A stretch of 64,000 nucleotides of DNA, taken from positions 512,001 through 576,000 of the forward strand of contig CAWFGE010000023.1 of the NCBI GenBank assembly GCA_963815195.1, in the 5' to 3' direction. A program made the translations under genes and the position numbers. Origin of the DNA: an uncultured Planctomycetaceae bacterium (GTDB lineage: Bacteria > Planctomycetota > Planctomycetia > Planctomycetales > Planctomycetaceae). Numbering within the stretch: the stretch's first letter is position 1; the number at the start of each line of letters is the position of its first letter. Shown here in pieces: positions 34,011-46,298 of the stretch. The notes beneath the pieces were generated by a model that was not told the origin of the DNA, ran no database searches, and was given only the letters and a program-made list of their open reading frames with translations.

Positions 34011-37000
34011 ATGGCCCAACCGTTTTTGCGGATCGATCTTTCCAACCAGGCGAAGGACTTTCAGAACACGGTCATCGAAGCGGGTTGGCCGCTGTTGGAC
34101 AAGTCGAACACGAATTATCAAATCCTCCGCAAATGGTTGGGCGGCGCGGTCGCGGAACCGGAGCGGCAGGGGGACGAGGTCGTTTTCTATTTGCGGAACG
34201 AATCCGGGGCGAGAATCGACCAACCGAACGTTTTGAAGGTGAGCGAAAAGGAACTCGCCGGCCCGCTCCAGGGGCAGTTGCAGGGCTTGCTCAAGAAGCT
34301 CAAGTCCGCCGAGCCGAAGAACAGTGCCGAGCGGAACCTGCACGCGATGGCTCTCAAGGAGCTACAGTCGGTCGCTTCGGAGAGCCGGGCGGGTGACCGG
34401 AAGTGCTATCTGTTCAAGTACCGGGACGCCGCCAAGAAATGGCATCTGGTCTGGGCTCCGGGTTATCGCCGGAAGGACGAATTGTCCGCCAACCCCGTCG
34501 TGTGCACCAACCCGGCGTGCTCGCTGTTGTTTTTGCAGCGGGCCAACGGGCCGACCAAGTGCCCCAGATGCCAGAAAACGCCCGGAGCGGCCCCGGCGAT
34601 CGTGGGCGGCGGCGTGCGAAAAAGCCGGCTGCCGTTGGTGCTTGCGCTCTTATTGCTGTTGGCCGTCTTGGGCGGGTGGCGGCTGGTGGTACATGAACCG
34701 CGAGCCGGATGAAGTCAGCGGACCCGCGGAAGCGGCCATCGCCGTCAGCCCGGCCAAAGCCACAATCCCGGTGGGCGGGCAGGTGGAATATATCGTCACG
34801 ATGAAAGACGCCGAAGGCAACGAAAAAATACTCCGCCATACCGACGTGGCCGTGCTCGTCAAGAATCCCAAAATCGCGGTTTGCGATTTGCAATCGAACA
34901 AAGTCTCGGCCCTCTCGCCCGGTTCGACGGTGCTGGAATTTCACGCCGGGAAATATTCCACCAAGGTCACGCTCGTCGTCGAGCCGCCCAAGAATCCGAA
35001 ACTCGTCAAAATCGAGCCGGCCAAGGTCAAGTTGGGCATCGGGACCACGGCGTATTTGAAGCTTGATCGGCGAATATGAGGACGGGCGGAAAGTCGACTT
35101 GACCAAGTCTGCCGACTGGAATTATGAACTCGGACAGGAGGCCCCGGTGTTTGTTTACGCGGGCGCGGTGGAAGGCCAGAAGGAAGGCAAAACCCGGCTC
35201 CGCGCGAGATACCGGGCCACGCCGAAAAGCGAATGGAAGATCGGCGAGGCCGAGATCGACGTCGCCGACCCCAAGTACAAGTCGCTGAAGTTGGCGTTGG
35301 CGTCGCCGAAGTTTTCCGTCGGCCAGGATCCGGGGCTGACGGTCGAGGTGGAAACCGAAGACGGCGAGACGTATTCGGTGCTGGGGTCGGCACTCCTCAA
35401 GCTAGAGGTCTCGCCCCAGGAACTCGCCGAGATCCAAAAAAAACCGGTGTTTCTCGATACGCAATCTACGAAGAAGCCCGGCAAAGGCACGCTGGCCGCG
35501 ACGTTTCGGGGGCTGACCAAGGAGATTCCGTTTGAAGTCACGGGATCGGGCAGCCAGCCGGCGGTGGCGTTCCAGGTCAACCCGCAAAACCTCAAGCTCG
35601 CCGTCGGGGAAATCGCGGATGTCAATGTGTCCCGCGGCACCGGCAACGGCGAAGCCCGCTTCGCCTGTTCCGATCCGGACGTGGTCGAGATCACGCCGCG
35701 GAATCGGCTCATCGGCAAAAAGCCGGGCAAGGCGACGGTCACGGTCTCCCGCGGGGATCAAAAAGCCAAGGTCGAAGTGGAAGTGGAAACGATGGCGTTT
35801 CGGGGATTGGCATTGGAGCCGGCGGAGGTCTCCGTGCGGGTGGACGATGTGGCCGCCTTGCGGGCGATGGGCCGGCTCGACGGCGACGCCCAGGTCGAAG
35901 TCGATCCCAAGATTCTCGATTGGGTGCGATTTCCTGCGGGGGATTATGTGGAAGTCAACCGCGAGGCTCTCGACGTTCGCGGGCTCAAGCCCACGGGCGA
36001 TGATTTCAAAACGCTCACCGTGAGGTTGGGAGAGCACGACGCCACCGCGAAGGTCCGCGTGATTGCCGGCCCGGTCACGCTCGCCTTGGAGCCGGCGGAA
36101 CCCGTCGAACTGCCCGTCGGCCAGAAGCAGCCGTTGACGGTTTACGCCTCCTACGGCAACGGCGAGCGCGTGGAAGTCCCCGCCGACCGCGTGGAGTGGC
36201 TGTGGGATAAAGTCGACGGCTTGACTCTTTCCAACGGCGAAGTCACCGCCGAGGAATCCGACGCCGGCCCGCTGTTGGTGAAAGTGCGCTACCAGGGGCA
36301 GACATCGAACGAGGTTCAAATCAAGTCAGGCATCCGCGTCCCGGTGCGTTTGGCGCTTGCGGCCAACCCGTCGCAGCTGCCGGTGGGAGAAACGGGGCAG
36401 GTCGTGCTTTCGGGGCAAAGTCCCGGCGGAATGCCGGTCGATTTGGACCTCGGCGGCGTGGAATATGTGAGCAAAGATCCGACCATTTTGGAGGTCGATC
36501 CGAAAACGGGTGGATTTCCGCGATCGCCCCGGGCACGGCGACCGTCACGGCCACGCATCCGGCGTCCCGCGATGAAGCCGCCACCCAGGTCCAAGTCACG
36601 CCGAATCAACTGGCTGAGCCCGCGAAGCCCCGAAGCATCCGGCTGATCACCAGCGCGCCGCAGCCGATTGTGCTGCCGGTGGGCGTGCGGTTTGTAGATC
36701 TTAAAGTCGAAGCCGACATTGACGGCACGCCGCAGGATGTCACGGCCGACTCGATTCTCACCGTCGAAGGCGAATCGGAGTCGGCGGCGGTGGCGGTCCG
36801 CAACAATTCGATCGTGGGCATTCGCCCGGGGGAAGCGACCGTCAAAGCCGAGTTCGCCGGGCAATCCGCCGAGCATACCTTGACCTTCAAAGTCACCGAG
36901 ACGCTCGAACTGGATGAACTCCAGGTCGGCCCGCCGCGGGTGACGCTGGTCGTCGGCGAAAATACCCGCCTGGACGCCGTGGGCTTACTGAAGGGCCGGT

Positions 37001-40000
37001 CGATTGGAATCGTCACGGAGCATCCCGCGATCGAATGGAAATCTCGCAGCCCCGAAACGGTCCGCGTGGAAGGGCCGCTGGTTTCCGCGATGGCCCAAGG
37101 CACGGGCGGCGTGACCGCGCAGTTTAACAACATCATCAGCGACGCGGCGGAAGTCCGCGTGGTGGGCGAAGGGGCCATCACGGAGCGATTGACCGTGCAG
37201 CCGGCTTCCGTCACTCTGCATCCGGGGGAATCGCTGGAAGTCGGCCGGGATGTGAAAGTCCTCCGCGGCGATGGCGACCTCAGCCGGCTCGCGACGGTCG
37301 CCCCGGCGAATTCCGCCGTGGTGTCCTACGACGAAGCGACGCGGCGACTCACGGCCGGTTTGCCGGGTCAAACCCGCGTGACCGTCGTCGTGGGCAGCGA
37401 AACCGCCGATTTCCAGGTGACCGTGCTACCGCAAAACCCGCCCGTCGCCGGCGGGCACGTGGTGATCGAACCGGCGAGCGGCGTGGTCGCGGTGGGCGAA
37501 CGCTTGCCGCTCGAAGTGTATCTCATTAGCAAGGACGGCGAGCGGTTCAACATGACCGCCTCGGCGCTCTTGGGCACATCGGATGCCAAGATCGGACAAA
37601 CGTCGACGGGAGCGCTCCAGGGCGTCTCGCCCGGCCGGGTCATCGTCACCGCGCAAGTCCCCGGGGCCGACAGCCCCGCCACCGCCACCTTCGACGTGCA
37701 GAACCTGGAGTTCACCCGGTTGGAAGTCCAGCCCTGGCGGTTCAATCTCTCCGTCGGGCAAAGAGCGTGGTACGAGATTTACGCCGTCGGACCGGCCGGC
37801 CGCAGACAGTTGGGGAACGACCCCGACCTCAAAATCACCCACGAGCATTTCGACGGCCGCCAGGACGCCTTGGGCTGGCCGCACGTAATCGACGCCAACG
37901 TCTCCACCAACGGCAAGACGGAAACGATCACCGTCCAATGGCACGGCCTGGAGGCGAAGGTGCCCTACTTTGTCAGCGACGACCGGATCACGGGGCTCGT
38001 GATTCGCCCGGACGATGCGAGCATTGAATCCGGCGAGACATTGGATTACCAGGTGTTTGTCCGCCGGGGCGGGCGGCTCGATCCGCTGTCGAACCTCGAC
38101 GGCGTGGAACTCGCGGTGGTCAACACGGTCGTCGCCTCGCAAGTCTCCGCGCTTCGTGTGCGCGGGGAAAGTCCCGGAACGACGGAGGTCATCGCCCAAT
38201 ACGCCGGACAGCAGGCCCGGTCCCGGCTCCGCGTGCGACCGCGAACCACGCCGCTGCCGCCGCCCGCCCCTTCGACGGGGATTCGGTTTCTGCTGGCGAC
38301 TTACCAGATGGAGCTCGGCACGCCGGGCGATTCGGTGGAAGTCGTGCGGGTGCATTTGGACGGCACGACGGAAAACGTCTCCGAGTTTGCCCAACTCACC
38401 GCCGACCCGGCGGGCATCGTCGCGATCGACCACGACGGCCCGGTGCCGATGATCAAGCCCCAAAAAATCGGGCAAACGCAGCTCAAGGCCCGCGTGGGGG
38501 ATCTGGTCACCGAGCAGCCGATGCTCATCGAAGTCGTCGATCACTTGCCCGGGCGGCCGCGCGTGGTGGTTCGGCCGAGTCCGCTGGTGCTCGCTCCCGG
38601 CGACCGGCAACCCTTCAACCGCGTGATGGTGATCCCGCCGGGCGGAACGAACGCCAACGGCATCAACGTCCGCGATTACACCGTAACCGCCGCTCCCAAT
38701 GCCATTTTTGAAATCGAGAACGACCACGTGATTCATGCCAAGTCGCCCGGCAGTGCCTTGGCCACCATCAAAGTGAACGATCCCCAAAGCAAATACGACG
38801 GAGAATATACGACCGCCATCGTGGAAGTCGTGGAACCGGCCATGCAAGGGCAAGTGCGGAACGTCGCCAACCTCGAACTCAAAGGCCCCACCGAGACCAC
38901 CGTGGGTTCCGAAGTGGGCTTTCGCGTCGATCTCGTCAGCGGCGGTTCCGGGGAGGATGTCACCAACGATGCCAGCCTCGTCCTGGCCCCCGGCGATGAG
39001 CACTTCGCCGATCTCGAGCCCGGCTGCCGATTGATCGCCAAAGACGCCGGCCTCCTCAATCTCCGCGCCCGCTACAATGGGATGATCTCCAACACCTTCC
39101 AGTTGCGGATCAATCCGATCGCAACCAGTTTTCGGCGGTTGGAACTGGATGTCAAAACCGATCCGATGAGCATCGGCGAAACGCGGAGCTACCGCGTCTG
39201 GGGCTATCCTTCGGGCGGCGGACCCCGGCAGGATCTGACTCGGCTCATCACAAACGATCCCAATCATCGCACGCTGCCTCATATCCGCTTTGCCGTCACA
39301 TCGGGCACCGACCCGGCGGTTCACGAGCCCCCCAGTATCACGGCGCAAAATGTCGGATCCATCTCCCTGCAGGCGGCGATCGGAAACGACCTCGTCAGCC
39401 GCAAACATCCAATCCGCATTCGCGAAAAGAGCCAGACCCCGATCGACCTCTTCGTGCAGCCGAACGCCTTCACCTCGCGCCTGGGCGAGACGACGCCTCC
39501 GCTCAAGGTGTTTGTCCGCTACGCGGGCGTCGCAGCCCCCCAACGATTGAACAACGAACTGGTCACCATCGATTGCCTGGACCGGGAGTATTTGGAGCCG
39601 GTTCAAGACAAACCCGGCCAGTTCAAAGCCATCCGGCCGACCGGCAACAATCCGCCGGCGCAAATCCAGGTCACGTACCAGAACCTGAGCGAGAAGGCGC
39701 GGGTGACGGTCGTCGCCGACCGGTTCCAGAACATCCAACTGGGAGACGCCAACCTGGGTGGGAAAGATTTTGATGTGCCGCTCACGGTCAGCACGCCTCT
39801 TGTGGCGGGTAATCTGGATTATCGTGTTTACGAGCAAGGCAAGCAGCCGAACAATCCCTGGGTGCCGGCGACGGCCCAAGCCGGGATGCAGTTTGCCAAA
39901 CTCAAAACCCCCAGGTTCGCTTACCGCCGCAACAATTTGTATCCTGTAATTATTGAAGCCCGCGACCGGAACAATCCCCAGGACATTCATCAATATCCGT

Positions 40001-40050
40001 ATGGAATCCGTTTGCGAGTCATCCCCAAGAATCCGCAGAATGAAAATTAG
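34011..40050 (+). CDS. Giant bitopic protein (~2,000 aa): SrfA-like N-domain, Zn ribbon, TM helix, many Ig-like (Big_2-type) repeats; three frameshifts near 34675, 35065 and 36520
   Basis: Four consecutive overlapping ORFs of the same repeat style (V.P....L.VGE; W.S.DP.V); CTNPAC..CPRC; LPLVLALLLLLAVLGG. Confidence 0.7.
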
Positions 40051-40124
40051 GACCGGGCGGCTGCACATCTTGGCAACGAAAAAAGACGCCGCGCGCAGAA
40101 TTCCTTTCTCGAAGAAGCACACCC

Positions 40125-42725
40125 ATGGCATTTCCCGATGATCGCGACCGCGACCTTCAAAAGAAATCGTTTCAAGTGCAGGCGCTGGCGGACGATTTGT
40201 TCGACTGGGTCGGAACGCACAACCGGAAGCGCATCGAAGACGACTTGGGCATCATCCGCACGGGCGAGGAGTTTCGCCTGCTCACGCTCCGCCGGCGGGC
40301 GGCGAGTTTGCACCGCTCGGCCCAAGTCCCCGTCGCCGCCGCGATCTTCGGGGCGTCCCAGGTGGGCAAGAGCCTGTTCGTGGGCCGGATCATCAAGCCG
40401 CAGAATCCGAACTACAGCCCGCTCGGCCGCGACGAAAAAGTCGGCCCGCCGGCTTACGAAGCCAAGCTGTCCTTCGAGCACGACCTAAACCCGAACCTGG
40501 GCGCGAACGAAGCCACGGCCCTAGTGACGCGTTTTACCACGAAGGACCGTTTTGAAAAGGAAGCCTTGCAGGAATTCCCCGTCATGGTTCGCGCCCTGTC
40601 GCGGTCGGAATGGCTCCGCGTACTGGCCCGCGGCTTTCGCTCGCAATGCGAAATGCCCGCCATGCAAAAATGGGAAGACGCCGATCTGGAAGGGCTGTTT
40701 GAAGACGTCACTTCCAATCACGGCGGCCGGGAAATCGATCGGCAGTGGCGGATGGATTTCTTGGATGTGTACTCCTATCTCAAGCGGTTGGACCCGCTGC
40801 GCTACTATTCCGACGAGTCCACCTTCAACGGCCTCTTGAGCCGGTACACGCTCGACGAAACCGGCTACACGGAAATCGCCGCCCGGCTGTGCTGGAATAG
40901 CTGGCCGGAAATCACCGAACTCTTCAGCCGGATCAGCGGATTCCTCGACATGCTCACAGAGACGGGCAAGCCCGGCATCCTGGCGCATTGGGCCGCCGTG
41001 CGGTTTTTGCTCGACAGCCAGCGATTGGCGGAGCAGAGCAATTCCGAATCGCAGGTGTTCCAAACCATCGCCTGGACTGACATCACCGACCGCATGGAAG
41101 ACGGTTGGTACGTGCTGGATTACCAGCCCGGGCAAGGTCCGCCGAGCCTGGCTCCCCGATCCACCGACAACGAATCCCTCTCCACCATTCAATCGGCCCT
41201 CCTGGAAATGGTGATCCCCGTCATCCCCGACCGGCTCACCGCGGAATGGCGGCATGTCTTGGAGCAGATCGACATCCTCGACATCCCCGGCATGCGGGCG
41301 GCGCGGGGCGACGGAGGCGACGGACAAATCACGAAAATCGAGGAGGACCCCAGACGGCGCGTCGGCCAGGAAATGAACATCGTCAAACGGGGCAAAGTGT
41401 TTTATTTGTTCGACCGTTACATCGAGGAACTGCAGGCCCAGTCGCTGCTGATGCTGTTTCGTTACGGGAACCTCGAAGTGTCCGGCTTGCTGAAAGGGTA
41501 CGTCGATCGGTGGGGACAAAGCCGTTACGGGGACAACGTCTGGCCCAAAGAACTGCCAAAAAAAGTCTCCGACAACCCGCCATCGCTGTTTTTTGGAATG
41601 ACGGGCATCGACGAGGAATTCGAAAAAAGCGATCCCAAAAAAGACATGTACAACGCTCGCCTGCAAACGCTCCAGGATACCTTCGTGGAGGTCATGACGG
41701 ATTTCCACGGGAAAGGCCGGCTGTTCCGCAATATCTATCCCATCCGGTACCCCGGCACCTGGGACAACGACGCGTCCCACCGCCAGAAATTCGGCGAAGA
41801 GAAATGGACGATCGCCCGCAAAGCCTTCCTCGAGGCCGAGATGGTGAAGACGTATGTTGAGGCGGCCGAGGAAAAATGGCAGGCCGCCATGCGGGACGGC
41901 GATGGGGGAGCGTTGCTGATCGCGGCGGCGTTCCGGCAGACGACCAACGCCCTCCGCAAGCAGGATGAGCTCAACAAGCGCATCGAGCAAACCCACGACG
42001 AACTCGTGCAACTCGCCCGAAACTGGATCGTGGACCCCAACGCCAACCTCGACCGCGAACGCCGGATGCAAGCGGCCCAGGAGGTTCTGGACTGGTTCGC
42101 GGAAGATCATCAACTCATCTTTCACCGCGTCCAGGCCCTCGAACATTCGTTGTGCTTCCAGCCCGGGGATGTGCTGTTCCTGTCCGACATCGCCGACATT
42201 CACTCGGCGTCGCAGAACCCGCTCGAAGACCTGGAATCCCGGTTCAGCGAGGATTTGCAGTCCTTCCTCCGCGACTGGGGGACCGATTGGGCGCCCGGCC
42301 GCTGGCAGGAATACGTCGGCTGGTACGGCGACGGCAACGGCTGGCTCGAGCCGGAGACCTTCGGCAACCTCTCCCGATATCTCGCCGACTATCTCTGCTC
42401 GCCGGAGATCTTCGACGGCCTCAAAGACCGGCTGCTGAAAGTCGTCACCCTGCGGATTCGCGACGAAGGCGCCAAACGCCAGGCCCGGCGGAAGTTCGTC
42501 CGGCTGGTGCTCAACGATTATGTGATGAACCCCGGCCCCGACACAAGGCCGTTGGACGAGGGCGCCGACCTGTCCGAGCTGCCGGACTTCGGCTTGATGA
42601 CCACCTTCGTGCATCGCTGGATCACCCGCCTGCCCGAAGTCCTCGCCGCCGGCGGCGGAGAAGACATCGGCATCCCCGCCGGCAACGAGGAGCTGTATGA
42701 GATTCTGGAACCGTACGGGGTCTAG
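40125..42725 (+). CDS. Virulence factor SrfC-family P-loop GTPase-like protein
   Basis: FGASQVGKS, EATALVTRFT, DILDIPGMRA, KRGKVFYLFDRY, MTGID. Confidence 0.85.
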   Translation: MAFPDDRDRDLQKKSFQVQALADDLFDWVGTHNRKRIEDDLGIIRTGEEFRLLTLRRRAASLHRSAQVPVAAAIFGASQVGKSLFVGRIIKPQNPNYSPLGRDEKVGPPAYEAKLSFEHDLNPNLGANEATALVTRFTTKDRFEKEALQEFPVMVRALSRSEWLRVLARGFRSQCEMPAMQKWEDADLEGLFEDVTSNHGGREIDRQWRMDFLDVYSYLKRLDPLRYYSDESTFNGLLSRYTLDETGYTEIAARLCWNSWPEITELFSRISGFLDMLTETGKPGILAHWAAVRFLLDSQRLAEQSNSESQVFQTIAWTDITDRMEDGWYVLDYQPGQGPPSLAPRSTDNESLSTIQSALLEMVIPVIPDRLTAEWRHVLEQIDILDIPGMRAARGDGGDGQITKIEEDPRRRVGQEMNIVKRGKVFYLFDRYIEELQAQSLLMLFRYGNLEVSGLLKGYVDRWGQSRYGDNVWPKELPKKVSDNPPSLFFGMTGIDEEFEKSDPKKDMYNARLQTLQDTFVEVMTDFHGKGRLFRNIYPIRYPGTWDNDASHRQKFGEEKWTIARKAFLEAEMVKTYVEAAEEKWQAAMRDGDGGALLIAAAFRQTTNALRKQDELNKRIEQTHDELVQLARNWIVDPNANLDRERRMQAAQEVLDWFAEDHQLIFHRVQALEHSLCFQPGDVLFLSDIADIHSASQNPLEDLESRFSEDLQSFLRDWGTDWAPGRWQEYVGWYGDGNGWLEPETFGNLSRYLADYLCSPEIFDGLKDRLLKVVTLRIRDEGAKRQARRKFVRLVLNDYVMNPGPDTRPLDEGADLSELPDFGLMTTFVHRWITRLPEVLAAGGGEDIGIPAGNEELYEILEPYGV

Positions 42726-42736
42726 CGAGTTGCAAA

Positions 42737-43170
42737 AGCCGCGAAGCGGCGAAAGCATGGACCTGCGGCGTCAAGCGCACGAGTCCGGAGCACTAAACAA
42801 CCGGAATACGCAAAGCCGCGAAGCGGCGAAGGCCAATTCATCAAAATGGATGAACGAGCAAAGCGAGACCAAATCGTTACTCGAATGGCAAAAGAGTTAC
42901 TCCGCTTTCACCGTCAGTTATTCCCGATCGGATTCGGTTCAAAACGATATCCGCAATCAGAAAGAACATCACAGAAAGAAGACGTTTCAGGAAGAATACA
43001 TCGAGTTCCTGAAACGGCACAATATTCCCTTTCAAATGGAATACCTGTTTGAAGGCGAGCATCATGGTTAATGGGAGTTGCTGTCGCCGCTTCGCGGCTT
43101 TTGGGATCTCTCAGGGCTCGGGATCTGCGGGCTGACGCCCGCAGCTATATGCTAGCGCCGCTTCGCGGCT
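42737..43170 (+). mobile_element. REP-flanked Y1/IS200-like tyrosine transposase remnant
   Basis: AGCCGCGAAGCGGCG at 42737 and 42814, inverted at 43085 and 43156; inside KANSSKWM..WQKSYSAFTVS..DIRNQKEHHRKKTFQEEY. Confidence 0.8.
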
Positions 43171-43297
43171 ATTCCTGTCCCGTTACCGATTCGCCATTCG
43201 CTGACAAATAGCAAGATCCAAAATCGAAACGACGAAAAACACAACCGAAATATCACGGCGAAAGATTGAAAAACGACAACGGACAAGGGACCATTTC

Positions 43298-46182
43298 ATG
43301 CATGTGGTGTTTGCCAACACGGGCGTTCAATATGTTTGCCAGCCGCTCTCTTCGGGCGTGCGGTTTACGTCGGCTTCGGTGGGGCACGGCTGGCAACGCT
43401 GCCGCTGCCAGGAAGCCGGCGACGCGGTCCGCACCTACCACTTCATCCAATGGAAGGTCGTTCCCGGCAAGCTGGTGCTCGCGGTGGACACCACCTGCGG
43501 CGATCCGGAAAAAGGCTACTTCTGCAGCGAGGAAGCTCTCGCGGATGATTTCCCGGTCATCGTCGAAGGGCTGCTGAGCTTGGAAGGCGCGCCCTTGGCC
43601 GGGCTGCCGCGGGTGGACCTCACAATCCGGCCCGCGACCGCCGGCGCGGGGGCGGCCAAAGAAGTGCACATGGTCGTCGATTTCGGCAACAGCCGCACCG
43701 GGGCCTTATTGATTGAGATCGACCAGGAAACCGCCGATACCCCGGTGATGGAACCGTTTGAACTCATCAACCGCCATCATCTGGACGCCTGGAACGAGAA
43801 CGGCGAGTTTCAGAAGAAAGACTCGGCCCGCTGGTTCAGTTCGCGGACCCAGTGGTGCACCGCGCCCTATCTGCCTCCGCCGCGACTCGACAAAACGATC
43901 GCGGCCGCCGAGGACGCGGGAGGCGGGCGGAGCGGGTTTTTGGGGATGGGCAAAAAACGCCCGCAAGGCCGGACGCGGACGGTGTTCGTGACGCCCCGGC
44001 TGTTTCAGGATCTTTCCGCCGTCCGCATGGGCCAGGAAGCCGACGATGTCACGCAGGTCATGCAGACCGACGGCACGGTGGTGACCGGCGTGAGTTCGCC
44101 CAAGCGTTATCTCTGGGCGGACGACGAGAGTTGGCTGCAAGGGGCGATCTGGCACATGGCCGATCCCGACGACCGCCTGGAAACGCACCGCTATGCCGCG
44201 ACGCTGCAAGGCCCGCTCCTAAGATATTTGGAAGAGGAGGACCCCGATGAACTCGACCTTCCGCCGTTGGAAAGCGACGAGATCGGAGATGAGGAACTCG
44301 CGCGGGAGATTCCCTACAAGCCGCATCACGCCCCCCGCTGCCTGATGGTCGCGGCCCTTTACGAGATGATCGCCCAGGCTTACACCTACGTCAATTCGGT
44401 CGCCTATCGCAGCATGGTCGGCCGGGAGTATCAGCCGCGCGAGATTCGAAACCTCACGTTGACGTATCCGTCGGGGATGATCACTCAGGAGCGCGAGCGG
44501 TTCCGCCTCCAGGCTCAAAAGGCGATCGATCTGTTCCGGGCGACCTTGGGGCGGATGCAGCGGAATCACCCCACGCTCACGTTGAGCATCGACGAAGCGA
44601 GCGCCGTGCATCTGACCTATTTGTGGAGCGAACTGCAGCTCGTGGACCGCGACCCGCGGTTGTGGTTCTCGCTGGTCGGCCACGAACCCCTCCCCGAGGA
44701 GCCGGACGAACCGGAAGATGCAGTGGAAGACGAGGCCCATCCGCCCGCCGCGGGACCGGGCCGCCCCGGTGGTCCTGGCGGTCCTGGGAAACCGCCGGGC
44801 AGGATGCGGCCACCTGCGATGGTCAAGCCGCGCGGGCCGATGGGACCGGGCCGTCCCGGCACAGCAGCCCGCCCCGCGCCGCCGCCCGTCGTCACCGCCG
44901 ATGACGACAACGAAGACCGCGAAGTGCGGATCGCCTGCATCGACATCGGCGGCGGCACGAGCGACTTGATGATCGCCCGTTACGAGCTCGCCGCCGGGGC
45001 CGTGGATACGATCTCCGGCGAGATGCTGCACCGCGACGGAATTTCCCACGCGGGCGATCAACTGGTGAAGCGTCTGCTCGAGCGGGTGATCGTGCCGTAT
45101 TTCTCCGACCGCGTGGGCATGCAAGCCGACGAACGGGAACGCCTTTTCGGGGAAGAGCGGCCCTGGAACCGCCACTTCCGCGCGGACCGCATTTTGTGGA
45201 TCAACCGCCTGTTCGTGCCGTTGGCCCAGGCCTATCTGCAAAACGCGGTGGACGAAAACCCTCAGACGATCATTTCCCACACCGACCCGATCTACGTCGA
45301 TCCCGAAATCGTGCAGTCCCTCCAGGACCGGATCGACTCCGAGTTCAAAGCCGGCACGATCAGCGTGTTTCAGGATCTGGGCCTCGCCTACGATCAAAGC
45401 GTGTTCGAGGCAGTGGTGCACGAAGTCTTTAACGAACTGCTCCTGGACTTCTGCAAGCGGATCGTCGATTGCAACGTCGATCTGGTGCTGCTCGCCGGGC
45501 AGCCGACCAAGCTCCGCTACATTCAGGATTTGGTGCAGATGTATTTGCCGCTGCACTCGTCGCGAATCGTGCCGATGTATAACCATTATGCCGGGACGTG
45601 GTATCCCTACCAGGACACGCACGGCCGGAACCCGGGCATCATTGTCGATCCCAAAAGCGCGGTCGTCGTGGGGGCCGCGGTCGAGTCGCTGATGACCAAA
45701 GGCAAGCTCGGTCACATTCGGTTCCGCATGAAGGACCAACATGCCTCGAGCGCGCCGCAGACGAATCTCAATCAGTATTATTGGGGGATCATGGATGAAC
45801 GGTCCTCGCGGATTCCGGACTATCGCGTGCTGTTCTCGCCGGAGAACACGTCGGCCCGCTCGGAGTTTGAAGTCGTCGCCGAGCGGGTGCTCATCGGCCG
45901 GCGGTTGAGCCCCGATCCGCAATCCGAAGCGACCCCCGTGTACCTCATCAAAGTGGACAAGGGCGACCGCGACGGGTCGATCGAACTCGCCGTCACGCTC
46001 ACCCGCCAACAGCCCAAGGGCAAGAAGAGACGCTGGATCTCACCGGCGTCAAAGGCGAAGTCGCCGGCGAACCCGCGGACTGGGGCGGCCCCGACGCCAA
46101 CGTCCGCTTCTCCTGGCGAACCCTCGCCGACGAACGGTTCTACCTGGACACCGGGGCGCTCGATAATATTGAAATGTACTAG
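43298..46182 (+). CDS. Virulence factor SrfB-family protein (Hsp70/actin-like ATPase fold); frameshift near 46020
   Basis: VDFGNSRT, SSPKRYLW, IDEASA, IDIGGGTSDLMI, DPKSAVVVGA; likely true C-terminus RTLADERFYLDTG lies in the alternative frame. Confidence 0.87.
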
Positions 46183-46298
46183 CGGGGAAATCCCAATGAC
46201 CAAGCCCCAATGACCAATGAAAGAGGCATTCCCTGGCCTGTTTCTCAATCGCGGGCAAACCTGACCTCGAAACTTCTCAAGAACTAGGGTTGGAGCCG

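Noticed and set aside
42737..43170. CRISPR array
   Set aside because: The repeats are 15-16 bp, occur as two inverted pairs, and have no regular spacers or cas genes.
37426..46009. Long antisense ORFs (901, 745, 596 aa) and similar ones elsewhere
   Set aside because: They are shadow frames of GC-rich genes with no recognisable motifs.
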